Notes: generated from the letters alone by a model not told the origin. A stretch of DNA of 64,000 nucleotides from Eledone cirrhosa (GCA_964016885.1 OZ024747.1:71610001-71674000); one strand, 5' to 3'; positions 24,365 to 40,275 are shown, counted from the first letter of the stretch. Translations and numbers: made by a program.

Positions 24365-26920
24365 ATATAAATTAATAAAAACAATTAATAAAAACAGAGA
24401 ACAAGTTCCTTATATTAAAAAATTCATCATTTTACGATCGTTTCTAGGATGTATATGTGTGTTGGTATGTATATCATATAGATCTATGTAAAAATATTAC
24501 AAACTATCAGAGGAAATATACATACCTTCACATATACATGCTGTCTTCAGAAATGATGAGATTTGTTTATTGAAAAAAAAAAAACAAAGATTTAATATAA
24601 AAGGTCTGTTTGGGAACAGGTTTTGAATTGACCAATAGAAAAGTAGTTAGAGGTCAAGTTGATAGAATAGCAGTAGTAGAAATTTAATTTAGCAGTAGAG
24701 GAGTGCAGACTTATGTTTTGAATGGAAAAAATACTTTGAATGAAAAGAATACTTTGGGGATGAAAAGAGGTCAAGCCAGTGAAGGGTACACGAAAATTTG
24801 ATGTTATTAAAGAACAATGTTAAAAACAAGAAATTAAATTAATTGATAGGTATACTTATAGGGATAAATTTATATTAATTCATATGAATGTGATAAATAA
24901 GAATTAGATGTTATTAAAGAGTATTGTTAAAAACGAAGGAAAGTAAAATTTTGGGATAAGGGTAGTAGTGAGAAATACCAATCTTATATAAACTACAAGG
25001 AATCTAGATTCATAACAGGAAATTAAATTAATTTATAGGTATACTTTTAGGTATTAATTTTAGGAAAAGAGAGCTGTAAGAGGGAAATAAAATTATGAAG
25101 TTCTCTGCAGTAAAGTACTAATTATAGGTTAACTAAATTTTAAAAAAATAATTATAATAATATGTAAAATATAAGTGTAAGGTGTATATTAATTAGGTTT
25201 ATAATATTTGAAGGTTCTTCTAATTCTATGGTTGCAAGATATAATTAATTCATGTCGCTTATTTAATAGGATATCCTTAGATTTCATTATTTCAAAAGTT
25301 CCTGGGAGCATAATCTACACTCGTATCTGTTATTTTGAGCACACTCCAGATCAGGTTGTAATCGATATTCTTCTTTCTATAATTATTAATTGTTTCAGCC
25401 AAGAATGTTGTATTAGCTAATGCGGCATTTTTAAAACTATGTTTGTGGGTATTAAATCTTACTTTAAATTGGTTAGACGTAGCTCCTATATATGAATAAG
25501 TGGAGTCCTTAGTGCTAATTTTACATTTATAGACTATGTTATTAATAAGACAATTTCCCTTTAATGGGCAATTTCTTTTGATTCTACAGTTACAACCATT
25601 CGTGAATATTATATCAGGGGAGTTAGTCAAATTTGGTGTGGAATTTACTCGACTTGTTATAGGTAAAGGAGATGGTGGTTTGTTGCAGTTTATTTTAGTA
25701 TTATGGTTGGTTTGATGTGTTGGTGGTATATTCGTGTTTTTTTTTTACATTTATATGCGTTGTACGCACTTATATTTTTTTGTATATTTTTGGTAGTGGA
25801 GTAGGAAATTTTGACAGTTGATCTATTTATGGTTTGGCGGGAAGTTTTTCTCTACGATAGTAAAAAAGGTTTTAGGGATATTATCTTTAATTTGTAGATT
25901 AAATGGAGCATTATAGCAAGTAACCCATCTATTACGGTTTCGATATTGTTTTTTATATTTATACGGTGTATCAGGATGTTTACTGAGAGAGTTACTATCA
26001 GTGAATTTATTATTTATAGGTTTAGTTAGATTAACTGATTTAGGTGTTTTAATCTGGTTATTAGGAATTTTATTAGTAATCTTGTTAACATATATTGGAG
26101 TATTAGGATGAATGGTTTTTTGAAAGTCATTATATTGTATGTGAGAAGAGGTAGAGAAATTAAGTTTTAGGTTGGTATTTTGGGGTGTAGTATGAGTGGC
26201 ATTTAGGTGTGGGTTTTTCATTTGGTGTTTGTTGGTTATATTGGGTTGTATGTTTGAAGTATTATTGGTGTAAGGTATATAGACTAATTTGTTTTTGTGG
26301 CCGCTTCCAGCTAAAGCTTCGTTATAAAAGGGCGCGTTTTTATCGAATACATCCTGGTTAGATGAAAGGTTAGAGATTCTGAGTGAGATATTATATGCTA
26401 GGTTTTTAAGGATAGATCTAGGGTGATTGGATTGTGAGTGTATCTAATGCAAGTTTTGGTTAGGTTTATGGTAAGGTTGGTAGATACCCGTAGATAGGTC
26501 CATAGTTATATCTAGGAAATTGACTATTTTACTGGTGTTTTCAGATGTAATAGTGAGATTGTAATACTCTTTGAGGAAAGTTCTAATAAGTTTTTTATTT
26601 TTTTCAATTTCTGATAGGCTAAGATTAGTGGAAAGAAGAAGACAGTCATTACGATATAAACCACCTTTAAGGTGGTGAAAAGATGAATTAATGTTAAATA
26701 GAAGAAAAAGGCCCACAAGATCGGTAATTTGGGCAGAATCATTAGAGCCCATAGTAATGTCGAAGAGATTACTATATGTATTTCTGGTCCAGTATTCCTT
26801 CTGAAATTCCAGTAGTGTTTGTCTAGCGTGCGTGATAATATGTTTGTCTAGCGTGCGTGCGTCATCCATAGTTAAGTTTGATCTATTTTTGGCAAATATC
26901 AAGTTAATTACTTGGGATGT
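24365..26920 (-). mobile_element. 5'-truncated, degraded Penelope-like element (RT C-terminal half, GIY-YIG, 3' end with HHR)
   Basis: ITMGSNDSAQITDLVG, LYRND (YRDD), NFLDITMDL..YHKPN, SNHP; then CNCR..CPLKGNCL..IVY..YIGAT..FKVRF..H..SF. HHR ctgaaga...gaaac-gatc-gta at about 24430-24553. Microsatellites at both ends. Confidence 0.9.
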
Positions 26921-26921
26921 G

Positions 26922-27007
<86 letters not shown>

Positions 27008-27484
27008 CAAAGGGATATTTAATTTGTTGGTAATTCAACAAATATATATATTTATAACAGATTCGAAGCATCTTATACATCTTTAAAATGTTTCTGTTGT
27101 TTAGTGGGGGGGGTTTTTCTTTAAATTTTTAAAAACTTTCTAAATTATCTTTTTCTTCTTAATCTATTTTTAGATTGATACTTTTTAATTGATATTCTTT
27201 ACGATAGTTCTGCTAAATGCACTCTTGACTTATCTAATAATATATTTTTCCTCTCTTTAATCTTCAAACTTTTCACACATCTTTCGACGTAGATAATATC
27301 CAAATACATATATAATTGAAATTCTCATCCTTGAAAACATGTAATATAAAATACCTTATAATCGTACACAAAATAATATATAATTTTCTCTACATACTTT
27401 CCGCATTTTCTAAGAAAATTATTCATCAAATCTAATATTAATAGTTTAACAAATAATATTGGAATTATCTTTTCCTTTACAATT

Positions 27485-27712
27485 GAGCAAACAGCACGGA
27501 CACTCTATCTCAAAATTATTTTTGAAAAGCATTTAGAAATGCGCAACCGGTAAAAACTTAAAAACTTAAAACCACAACTGAATACTAACCCATACAATCA
27601 CTAATACTCTTTTATTCCTAATTAAACCATTTTTCAACTGTGAACAATTTGTCAGCATTTTCTATTCCGTTTACCAATATATAATAACTTGTGTGTTACA
27701 CCTCTATTCTTT

Positions 27713-27716
<4 letters not shown>
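27485..27716 (+). mobile_element. Solo pLTR 3' end of the Neptune-like PLE at 43505-46175; a further diverged copy lies at 49033-49190
   Basis: Essentially identical to 45943-46175 and ends in (TA)n. Confidence 0.85.
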
Positions 27717-27751
<35 letters not shown>

Positions 27752-27921
27752 ACGTAAGGAAAGGAAAAGTAATAGAGAAATTTCGACAGAATAAAAAGCC
27801 AAAAAATTAAAAAAACAAGGGGATAATTGTGGCGGACATTTTGCAATGCTATATACTGTATGTGTGTGACTGTATGAATTCGGGTTTACATTTACACACA
27901 CACGCACACACAAACACACAC

Positions 27922-27982
<61 letters not shown>

Positions 27983-27986
<4 letters not shown>

Positions 27987-28175
27987 GAAGGAGTTGTGGT
28001 AAGGAACCAGATGGACCATAACGCACCAGAGTACTCAATACTTAGGGTAGTAGAGTGGGTAATAGTAAAATGTATGACCCCGACGGCAGAGCTCAAGCCG
28101 TTTCGACGGCTATTCCTGGACTCAGAAATAGCCGTCGAAACGGCTTGAGCTCTGCCGTCGGGGTCATACATTTTC
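27983..28175. mobile_element. Head-to-head PLE-type end with 48-bp perfect arms (28067-28114 and 28127-28174)
   Basis: Direct inverted match; contains gaaac-ggc..gcc-gtc (HHR 3' half); (TA)n on both sides. Confidence 0.7.
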
Positions 28176-28549
28176 ATATATATATATATATATGGCGATA
28201 AACTTCCTTTGGTTTCGACGATGAGTTTGCGATTTTGTGGCGTAAAGTAGCCTGTTTAATTTCTGCCCCGCGTTAGAGTGGTGTTGGTTTAGGAAGGCGT
28301 TTTACGACCGTGCAGATTCTTAATATAAATTATATAAGAAAAATAGTATTTATATGTGTGCATACATTTGTTTTGTATTGTATGGTCTCGTAACTCCTGA
28401 TAGAGTCGTAAGAGCACCGTATTGACATATGGCGTTTCTTGGCCATTTTAATCCTGTTGGAACCCATCCTTCTCCAGGCCTGAGTACAGCAGATTTCTTC
28501 TAGAGAAAGACAGAAAGTGGGAGACAGGAAATGAGAAAGAGATATAGAG

Positions 28550-28970
28550 GAAGTACTAGACTGGTACTTTTTTTATCGACCTCGAAAGGATGAAAGGCTG
28601 GCTTGACCTTGGTGGGATTTGAACTCAGAAAGTAGAGAGCCGGAACGATTACCATACAGCATTCCATCGGACGTTCTAACGACTCTGCCAATTCGCCGCC
28701 TCTACATATATACATTAACTCATATATCGCCGCCTATATTTTGCTTATGTAATTTATATAAAGAATCTACACGGTTGTTAACCTTACTCTTTTGTCATAT
28801 TGAATAATAATTGTTTCTACATTTGGCACAAGGCCAGCAATTATCCCAGTGTATTACTGGTACTTTATTTTATCGACCCCGTAAGAATGAAAGGCAAAGT
28901 TAACTTTGGCGGAATTTGAACTCAAACCATAAAGGGCCGTAACGCTTTGCTGCAAAGCATGGCGTCAGAA
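28550..28970 (-). mobile_element. Two SINE family A copies (about 28550-28700 and 28806-28970)
   Basis: The core motif occurs twice. Confidence 0.8.
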
Positions 28971-29133
28971 TATTAATGCTCTCCTACCTGAACTGACCTC
29001 AGCAACAAGAGACTTTAACTGTCGATGACTCAGTCGTCTGTTTTAAACTCCTGATGAACTGGAGGATTATACTGTATATTGAGCTTCTCTCACCTTACCA
29101 AAGATAATAGTGAACTACTCCACTATAATCACA

Positions 29134-29219
<86 letters not shown>

Positions 29220-29975
29220 CTATAGGGGCCTACATCTTACGACCGATTTTCATGAAACTTAAAGGCTCGTAGATTAGTCATCGGGGAGTGTTTTCTATAT
29301 ATCAGCGTATCGTTTTTTTATTTCGGGGTCATTCTGAAAGATAAAATCGATAGGGGGGTCACCTTTTTTTAGGTATCGAAAAATAAGATTTTGGGCTCTA
29401 GCTCCCACATTTTGCCACCGATTTCGTTCAAATTTTAAAGCAAAATAGAATTTATCATTGCACATCCTGTAATGGCTTTATATTTTGCATTTGTTGTTCA
29501 GGGACGGCGTGCCACCCGCTTAAATATTCAAAAATACCACTTTTAGAGTCAAATTTCCACTTTTTCGGCACTAGCTCCCACATTAATCAACCTACTTTGT
29601 TCAAATTTTACACTACGCTAGATCTGATTATTTCACGTCTTAAAGTGGCTTTACAATTTGGATTTTTTGTTCAGGAACAGCGTGGCAGCTGGTTAAATAT
29701 TCGAAAATACCACCTTTTCGCTCAAATTTCCGCCTTTTCTGCTCTAGCTCCCACATTTTTCAACCGATTTCGTTCAAATTCGAAACTCCCTCCCCCAGCA
29801 TGCCCCTTCGTCAGTCACCCGCGTTTCTCAGTGATAGAGGTCATCACCACCCTCCCCCGCATGGCCTGTGTGTGGCCATAGATGAGTCATCGAGAAGCAG
29901 TCGCTAAGATCAACACCTTTTCATCAAAGCAGATATTATTTTAACTACCCAGGCAACGCTGGGTACTGCTGCTAG
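29134..29975 (+). mobile_element. Non-autonomous Helitron-like element
   Basis: 3' hairpin tacccag-gcaacg-ctgggta followed by CTAG|T; (TG)n near the 5' end; internal repeats of about 175 bp (ctagctcccacatt x3). The 5' boundary is uncertain. Confidence 0.7.
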
Positions 29976-30015
<40 letters not shown>

Positions 30016-30249
30016 CTGAATGAGCACGTGTTTTTTTTTAGGATGGGGGAGGGGTTCCCATTTTTTTCTCATTCTTTCACCTTCACACTTTTTATCTTTT
30101 TATTTTATCTTTTATTTCTAATTTTATCTGCTGATGAAAGACTAGTGTCCGAACGTTAAGTCTCTTTTCCTGTTATTTCAAGCATTAAACTAACATAATT
30201 CTTCAATCTATAGTGTTGTTTGCTTTGTTATTTCTGTTTACTTTTTACA

Positions 30250-30282
<33 letters not shown>

Positions 30283-30477
30283 TCGTATATATATATATAT
30301 ATATATATATCCTGACGATTTCTTTCGAATAAAACAATTCTAGTCCTGTGGAAGTCATTTCTATATAAAATATCAATATAAATCCCCACACTTTACCCAT
30401 GTATGGAGTACCTTGTTTAACTGTGGTTGCCGCCGACAGAACTTGGGAATTTGTATATATATATATGTGTATATATA

Positions 30478-30564
<87 letters not shown>

Positions 30565-30684
30565 TACTACAGCATTCAAATTATGAAAATATAACCACAT
30601 GCATACATACAAGCACATACGTTCATGGTTGTATTATCTACATCACTGTCAGCACTTACATGTATGTTTGCACATGTGTCTTTA

Positions 30685-30733
<49 letters not shown>

Positions 30734-31294
30734 ATGTATGTATGTATGTATATATATACATATACGGGTATATTAGATATATTTGTATAAATATGTATGT
30801 ACGTATATGTTAGTGGTGGGGGGAGGGTGTCAATAGAGAGGAGAAAATGGAGGAAGATAAACGTCACACCTATACACGTATATATGCACAAAGACATACA
30901 TACACACAAAGACATACATACACACAAAGACATACATACACACAAAGATATACTTACACACAAAGATATACTTACACACAAAGACATACATACTGAGGCG
31001 CGTGAGTATATCAGCATATAGTCAGTCATTCATACGTTGTCAGATGCCAAGAGGCGCGTGTTGTTACTGCCGCAATTTTGAGTGAATGGTTTTCTAATTC
31101 TTGTGCATGCGAGTTAGAGAAAAAACGCTTTTAATCATAAGTTGTCACAAACTAACTCCTCTGATTATATACATTAGGACTTTTCTTAGCAACTTTGGTT
31201 GTGCATGCTTTTAGTAATTTTCCACAAATTTCTTGCGTGCTGTCCATGTAGCGATAATACGAGTTTACTATATATATATATATACATACACACC

Positions 31295-31340
<46 letters not shown>

Positions 31341-31375
31341 TATAGCAAGTATATATATATGCATATATATATATA

Positions 31376-31437
<62 letters not shown>

Positions 31438-31456
31438 GATATGTGTGTGTATATAA

Positions 31457-31649
<193 letters not shown>

Positions 31650-32878
31650 TGTGTGTCTATATATATATATATACGTATATATATATATATAGAGAGAGAG
31701 AGAGACACACACACACACAGACACACACATATATATATATGTGTGTGTGTGTGTGTGACTGTGTGTGTTTCGAAGGGATTGGTGAATTTCTAAATAAATT
31801 TTCGAGCAACTTCTTACCAAATGTAACATGCAATCAAATCTTAATGTCTTTTATCAAGACATTAACGTTTCGTTGGATGTTACGTTTTCAACAAATTCCT
31901 TATCTTTGTCTTCAAATGCAATTAATATGTGTTTCTCTGTGTGTCTGCCTGTGTATGTGTCTGTGTATGTGTCTGTGTGTATGTCTGTGTGTGTGTGTGT
32001 GTATCTGTTCTCCGTGCCTATGTCTGTGTGTTAATTCCACGCATACAAACGTTTATACATTTTGTTCTGGTCCTCAGGAGAATGTGTTAGCTGATCGTAT
32101 GTTACAACCTGCGACTGTTCTTCTTAAAAGTTAAACTAAATATTTTCACGAACAGTAGCACGTTTCTAGAGGATGTTTCTGCAATGTTAAACGCATGAGA
32201 AACAAATATACTTTTGAGTGAACAGTGTCGGATTTAGTTAATGCGAAAGCTATCGCATTTATTTATAAAGGGAACTTAAATTGATTTCTAATTTATGCAC
32301 AAGGTCAACAATTTGAAAGAGGGTAAAGTTGTTCAGGATTTGAATTCAGACATTAAAAGAGTTGCGCCCTTTTACCATCTGAGTTCAAATTCCGCCGAAG
32401 TTAATTTTGCCTTTCATCCTTACGGGGTCGATAAAATAAAGCACCAGTAATTCACTGGGATAATTGCTGGCTTTGTACCTATAGTAGAAACCATTATTTC
32501 ATTTTATCGACCCCGGAAAAGCAAAGTTAACTTCGGCTGGAGTTGAACTTAGAACGCAAAGGGTCGTAACTAAATGTTGCAAACCATTCTGGTCAACGCC
32601 TTAATGATTCTGCCAAACCCCTGCTCTTATAAAGGGGCCCTGATTTAAAAAGAAAAATGTGACATAAAAGTTAATGGCAGTATAGTAATAAAGCATAGAA
32701 ACCCTGAAAATGCAGGCCGTGTAGCAAATGTAAATCTGGTACTGTGGTGAAACATCGTCTGAACTACCATTTGTAATATTTGTCGCTAAATATTTAGCAA
32801 ATATCCACTGCTAAATAGAAAGTGTGTTGTGTGTGTGTGTGTCTGTGTGTGTGTGTCTGTGTGTGTGTGTGTATGTGT

Positions 32879-32934
<56 letters not shown>

Positions 32935-33044
32935 GTACATATATACACACACATTTTTATGTTTTAACTCGTTTCAGTCATTAAACTGCAAAGATTTTGA
33001 AGCACCCCAGCATTAATAACATTTATTTGATCATATCGATGCTG

Positions 33045-33173
<129 letters not shown>

Positions 33174-33283
33174 TACATATATACATACATATATACATAT
33201 ATACATATATACATATATACATATATCAATTAGAAATTGATTGACATATATATATATTTATATATAGACAATATATCTAACTC

Positions 33284-33325
33284 TGCGTAGAAATATCCAG
33301 GGCCTCCAGCAGACAACTGATGAAG
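33284..33325 (+). ncRNA. 5'-truncated copy of the permuted hammerhead-like motif
   Basis: tgcgtagaaatatcc..ctccag-c-agacaa-ctgatga, matching 7609-7647. Confidence 0.55.
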
Positions 33326-33422
33326 GAAAACTTTCTCCCGTTCATGCTTTCTTCTTATTTTTAAGTACACCTTATCCCGCAACTACAAGGCCCCTCTCTT
33401 CTTCATATATATACATATACTT

Positions 33423-33478
<56 letters not shown>

Positions 33479-33857
33479 TGGATTTCCATACAGCTTTCGT
33501 CTATCGAATTTCAGTCGCATGACACTGGTCAACATAAGACTATGGTAAAAGAGACTTGCTTAAGGAACAATGCAGGATTTTCTTACCACTCTCATGATTC
33601 AGTGGCGATCATTGTTAAACATGTGAAAACTACGCCGCTTATCTTACCATTCTTACTCTGAAGATGGGCTGTGGGTGTCACGAAACCTTAATAAACTTAT
33701 AGATTTATTTTTCCAAATCACATATAGTAATAATATCTTAAGAATCCCTTAATAAAAAGATCAAACTTGGTACTATTGATTTTTCTATATATACATACAT
33801 ACGCACACGAAAAAACACACACACACACACCAGGACATACACGCACATACAGACACA

Positions 33858-33924
<67 letters not shown>

Positions 33925-34324
33925 GGACATACACGCACATACAGACATAGACACATACACACACACACATATATATATAATGATACTCTGACACCTCGTT
34001 CCTACTTATTAATATTACACTCTGCTTATGAGGGAAACCGACCATAGTATAACAGCAAATATATAACACCATGTACACCTATGCATCGAGTACTCAGGTT
34101 GGTGAACCAACAGTAACATAAGGTTACAACACATTAAGCTATAGTGGTTTATCACTGGATAGAATTGATCATTCTGCAATGTTAATCATGGAGTAATATG
34201 AGAAAAGCACTTGATGTTCCACTGAGTCAAAAGCAAAAACATAAACACATTTTTTCTTCTTTGCTTTTTCTTTGAGAACAAGAGAGAGAGATGTTACAAT
34301 CCCTAAACTCTCTCCCTTTCCCCC

Positions 34325-34439
<115 letters not shown>

Positions 34440-35205
34440 TATATGGTTGTAAATTAAGAAAATACATGGTCCAGTAGAATATATTTGAAAAATAAGAATG
34501 GCTTTTCTGATGATTGTTATTCTTTAATAATCAAATGTTTTACAAACTTAAAGAATTTACAACCAGAAGAAAATGCTACAAATTCTTTAACTTAGTAAAA
34601 CATTTTATCATTTCAGAATAATAATCACCAGTAAAGTCATTCTTACCATGTTTCAAATATATTTTACTGTACTAAGAATTTTTTTTCATTTTCTACTCTA
34701 TATTAATATATGTGTATGCGTGTGTCTGTGAGTGTGTATGTGTATGTTTGTGTGTGAGTGTGTCTGTAAGTTTGTGTATGCGTGTGTTTATATATGTATG
34801 TGAGTGTGTGTGTTTGAGTGAGTCTATGTTTACGTTTGTGCTTGTGTTAATGTCCCGTAACATAGCAGTTCGACTAATAGCGATTGGTAAAATAAATACA
34901 AAACTTGAAAAGCTACAGGGGTCGATATTGTCGACTAACATCAAGGTGGTGGCCCCAGCATGGCCGCAAACTATTGTTGGAAGCCAGTAAAGTATACAAA
35001 AGCATGCGTGTCTGTGTGTGTACGTGTACGTGTGTGCGTGTCTGTGTGTGTGTCTGTGTGTGTGTTGTGTGTGTGTTGTGTGTGTGTGTGTGTGTGTGTT
35101 TGTAGGTGTGTCTGTGTCTGTGTGTGTGTCTATCTGTGTGTGTATGTGTGTCTGCCTGTGTGTCTGTGCGTGTGTGTGACTTTGTGTGTGTGTGTGCGCG
35201 CGTGC

Positions 35206-35294
<89 letters not shown>

Positions 35295-35295
35295 T

Positions 35296-35337
<42 letters not shown>

Positions 35338-35764
35338 GCGTGTGTGTCTGCGCGTGTGTGTGTATGTGTATGTGTATGTGTCTCTGTGTGTCTGTGTAAA
35401 GTTCAAATTCTGCAGAAAAAGATTTTCTCTTGAGTATTTTTATTAGAGAAGTGGTTGTTAGAAGCGGTAGATCACCGGATGAAATGTCTTGTGTAATGTT
35501 TTGTGTTCAATTCCCGGTAGAATTGACTTCTATTCCTCCGGGGTCAAGAAAATAAGCAGCACTCAATTAGTGTATCCACCACTGATTCCCTGGCTATGTT
35601 AAAAATCCATTATATTAAAGCTGGTGTACATGTCGTGTAAAAGGGTTGTCGCGTTGGAGAGGAGATAGTAAGGGAATGTGTGCGAGAGAGAGAGGTGGGG
35701 GGGGGGGAGATCATTACTACGATTATTTCAGATATATATACATATATGTGTGTGTGTATGTATA

Positions 35765-35902
<138 letters not shown>

Positions 35903-36044
35903 ATATTAATAAATGGAAACTATATTTATAAAACCATAGAAAGTCCTTATTCTTAGGTAAAGGTATGTCTTTTAGAGAAGAGATCCTAAAGAATTCCATT
36001 TTTAATCAGTTATAATTTAAAGCGCTCAACAATAAAGGAGCTAA

Positions 36045-36104
36045 ATATATGCAGAGGTTATATTTAATTTGTTGGGATCCCAACAAATTAAATATAACCT
36101 CTGC

Positions 36105-36110
<6 letters not shown>
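36045..36110. repeat. Perfect 66-bp palindrome centred on ggatcc, abutting (TA)n
   Basis: Direct reading. Confidence 0.9.
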
Positions 36111-36162
<52 letters not shown>

Positions 36163-36221
36163 TATATATACATATATATATATACTTATTCATACATATA
36201 TATATACACTCAGACACACAC

Positions 36222-36285
<64 letters not shown>

Positions 36286-36293
36286 ATGAATAA

Positions 36294-36335
<42 letters not shown>

Positions 36336-38045
36336 TTATTCATACATATATATATACACACATACACACATACATATATATATATATATGTGCGTGTGTG
36401 TGAGTGTGTGTGTGTGTGTGAGTGTATATACATACATATATATATATATGTGTGTGTATGTATGTGTGAGTGTATATGTATATATATATATTTATATACT
36501 TATATGCATCTCTCTCTCTATATATATATATATATCATATATATATTTATGCGTGTGGGTGTATGTATGCACATACGTGTGTGTGCGTGGATGTATGCGT
36601 GTGTGTGTGTGTGATTGTTAGTGTGTTTGTGTATGTTCGCACACGTCTGCTTTTTACGCCTGCAACTGTGTATACTCAATATACCCTTTTCTAACATACT
36701 CTCAATTTTCGTTAACCAAAGCTAGTTTCTTAGGTCCGTTAGAAACGGTAGTTACCTGAGTGCTGGCTTGGTACGCCAAGAGAATTGCTAAACTTCATTA
36801 GATAGTTGTGGGAGAAATCTAATTTATTATGATTATCATCCTAAAGTCGTTGCCGTTGATTATGAAAGCGGTTATTGGTAAAGAGAATGAATAGGTGGAT
36901 GAGGAGGGGTGGCAAAGAGAATGAAAGATGCAGATAGAAGGATTGAGGAGAAACTAAAGATACAGAACAGATGAAATAAATTAGATAGGTGTGGATGGGA
37001 AATATTGGTTAGGGTGGAGATCGTCCATGACGTAACCAAGCTATAAATTCTATTGAAACTTCATCATTTCTATGAACCGAATTAAGACAAGCAAGATGTA
37101 CTAGATTTATTTCGTTGATGTCATTGGGTGAAGGTCATAAGATGCTGTAGAAGGATTAAATCAAAGCTGTTCCGTTTTCTGCTGTTTATTAAACTCTGCC
37201 AAAGATACAGACATTTTTTCCATTCTATACATTAAAGTAAATGAAATATTAGTGTCTTCCTGAGAATCCTCAAAGTGGGTTCCAAACTTCAAAGAGACTC
37301 CTGGAACATGACTTAAAAGCATTGTACGTGCCTCTGGTGTCTAGAAGTTAATCCGTTTTGTGAACATCTGAAATCCAACAGGTCGACTTATCTGTAAGTA
37401 CAAGTTAGCTTCTGGAGTTCAAATATTTCCGTAATTTCACCTTCGGCCCTAACAAATGTCCACTAAGCAACCTCAAGTTCACCTTCTGAGCTGCCCTTGT
37501 AACAATCACTGGGTTTTAGAGGTGCCCACCTGTCGATTTGTATTATGTATTATGTACCTGCATGACGACTTGAGAACAACGACATTGAATCGTGATCGGT
37601 TTATAAGGGGGGGGGGGGGGTCTTAAGCGTTTTTATTCGTAGTTCTTGGACTTAAAATCTAATTGTAAATCTCATATCAAGACACCGATAAACAATTCCA
37701 AAAGTGGGATTAAAAAGTTCGTGATGTGGGTTACAATCGGCAATATAATACCGCTGTTGGTCGGAACAGAGTTCACGATGTAATAGTAGATATACAAAAA
37801 GATCATAACTAAAACGACTTTAACTTGATCAGGACTTCCATGGGGCTAAACAACATTAGGTACACTGAAGTCTGGAATTATCGTCCACCACTCTGCTTAA
37901 TAATTTTTCAGATTTTTTCCAACCTCACCTTTTTTATTTCTATATAAAAATGAATAAGCTTATTCTCTACTAACATGTTGAGAATCTTATTTAACTAGGG
38001 CTATTCTTGCCGATCCTCCTCAGAAAACCATCCTTGAATATACAT

Positions 38046-38127
<82 letters not shown>

Positions 38128-38512
38128 ATTCAAATATTAATAAAATAGATATTCTTGTGATCAATTAAATTTTATACATATTTCAGAGGTACGTGAATCA
38201 GGTCCAATAGTACGTCCTTATCAGATAAAATAAAATGATACATGACATACCCTGAGATGTTAGATGGTTAAGATTTAATCAAGGTAGTATCTACCTTGAT
38301 TAAATCGCGCGGTCCTCGGATACGTCTCGATTCTACAAAGCAGATTTTCCTATTAATACCTGGTCGCCCGAGAAACAATTGTAATATGTCCAATAAACTC
38401 CTTTCGTCGCAACACTGACTCTCTTTTTTCTGTGATATCAGACTCTGCTCTACGAGGGCATCGAGTGCTCATACGGCCTACCGCATACGGACGCTTTAAG
38501 CATCCAACACCA

Positions 38513-38752
<240 letters not shown>

Positions 38753-38771
38753 CATACATATATATATATAT

Positions 38772-38810
<39 letters not shown>

Positions 38811-38821
<11 letters not shown>

Positions 38822-39325
38822 TAAAAAAAAAATGAATAAAACAATGAAACAGTTCCTTATATTAAACAAAAAAAAGTTCATTATTTAACGATCGTTTCTG
38901 GGATATATATGTGTTAGAATTGGCATGCATATTCAACAGATCTATGTACAAAATTATACAAAATTATACAAACTATCAAAATTAAATATACATACCAACT
39001 CATATATACGCCGTCTTCAGAAATAATTTGTATAATTTGTATAATTTTGTATAATTTTGTACATAGATCTGTTAAATATACATGCCAATTCTAACACATA
39101 TATATCCCAGAAACGATCGTTAAATAATGAACTTTTTTTGTTTAATATAAGGAACTGTTTCATTGTTTTATTCATTATTTTTTTAATATTTTATCTTGAC
39201 TCTGTATTCCGTTTATCTTTCACCGAAAGTGATTTTTCATTGCATCTCTTCTTTCCATGATATCCGGAATACATTGAGTTCTTCATACGGATTGGACACT
39301 ACCGTAAACTCTTGGTAGATTTATC

Positions 39326-39330
<5 letters not shown>
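38811..39330. mobile_element. Head-to-head PLE pLTR pair (arms about 38811-38973 and 39027-39194), same family as the 24365-24560 end
   Basis: Inverted match; minus-strand HHR ctgaaga..long stem II..gaaac-gatc-gtt; (TA)n on both sides. Confidence 0.75.
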
Positions 39331-39420
<90 letters not shown>

Positions 39421-39475
39421 TTATATAACATAAATATATATATATATAACATAAATATATATATATATAACATTT

Positions 39476-39539
39476 CATCTGATGAGCGTACTGGACGTTT
39501 CTGTTAAGATCGTTTAGTTTCCTGAAACCTTTGGTAATG
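39476..39539 (+). ncRNA. Type I hammerhead motif
   Basis: cat-ctgatga...gaaac-ctttg-gta-atg; stem II is weak. Confidence 0.5.
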
Positions 39540-39805
39540 GAATAATTATATGGTGTTGTTTATTATGTAATTACGTGTGTGTGTATGTGTAAAAGGTAAA
39601 CAGAAATAACAACACAATCGGTACAGTATATGGAAGGAATATATTAGGTTAATGCTTGAAACAACTGGAAGAGGATCTTAACGGTTCGGGCGCTGGTCCT
39701 TCATCAGAAGAAATAATGAGAAATTAGAAAGTTTGAAGGGACGGGCGGGGTGGAATTGGAAAAAAATGTTTTTAGAGAAAAATAACAGGTCCATTCATGT
39801 TGCCA

Positions 39806-39860
<55 letters not shown>

Positions 39861-40169
39861 ATATATATATATATATACACACACATTCGGTATACAAGGA
39901 TGCAATCCACTTCTAGCACTCAACGTCATAGTACTTCCTAAAAACAGGGATGACAGAGTATATTAATAAAGAGGAAAATGCGAAGTTGAAGATATTAGAG
40001 TCCTTTATTAATTGAGCTGTTATATATATTTCAATGATGATAGATATCGGGATTTCTTCAGACACCAAAAATTGATTAAAAGGTAACATTTCCGAGGGAA
40101 TTTTGGGTGGAAGGGGGCGGACTAAAAGAATGTGTATGTTTTTGCTTTGACTGCTCGAATATATATATA

Positions 40170-40275
40170 TCCCGCCGAGGTTAACTTTGCCTTTCATCCT
40201 TACGGGGTCGATAAAATAAAGTACCAGTAATGTACTGGGTAATTGCTGGCCTTGTGCCTAAAGTAGAAACAATTA
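40170..40275 (+). mobile_element. SINE family A, 5'-truncated
   Basis: Core and tail motifs. Confidence 0.85.
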
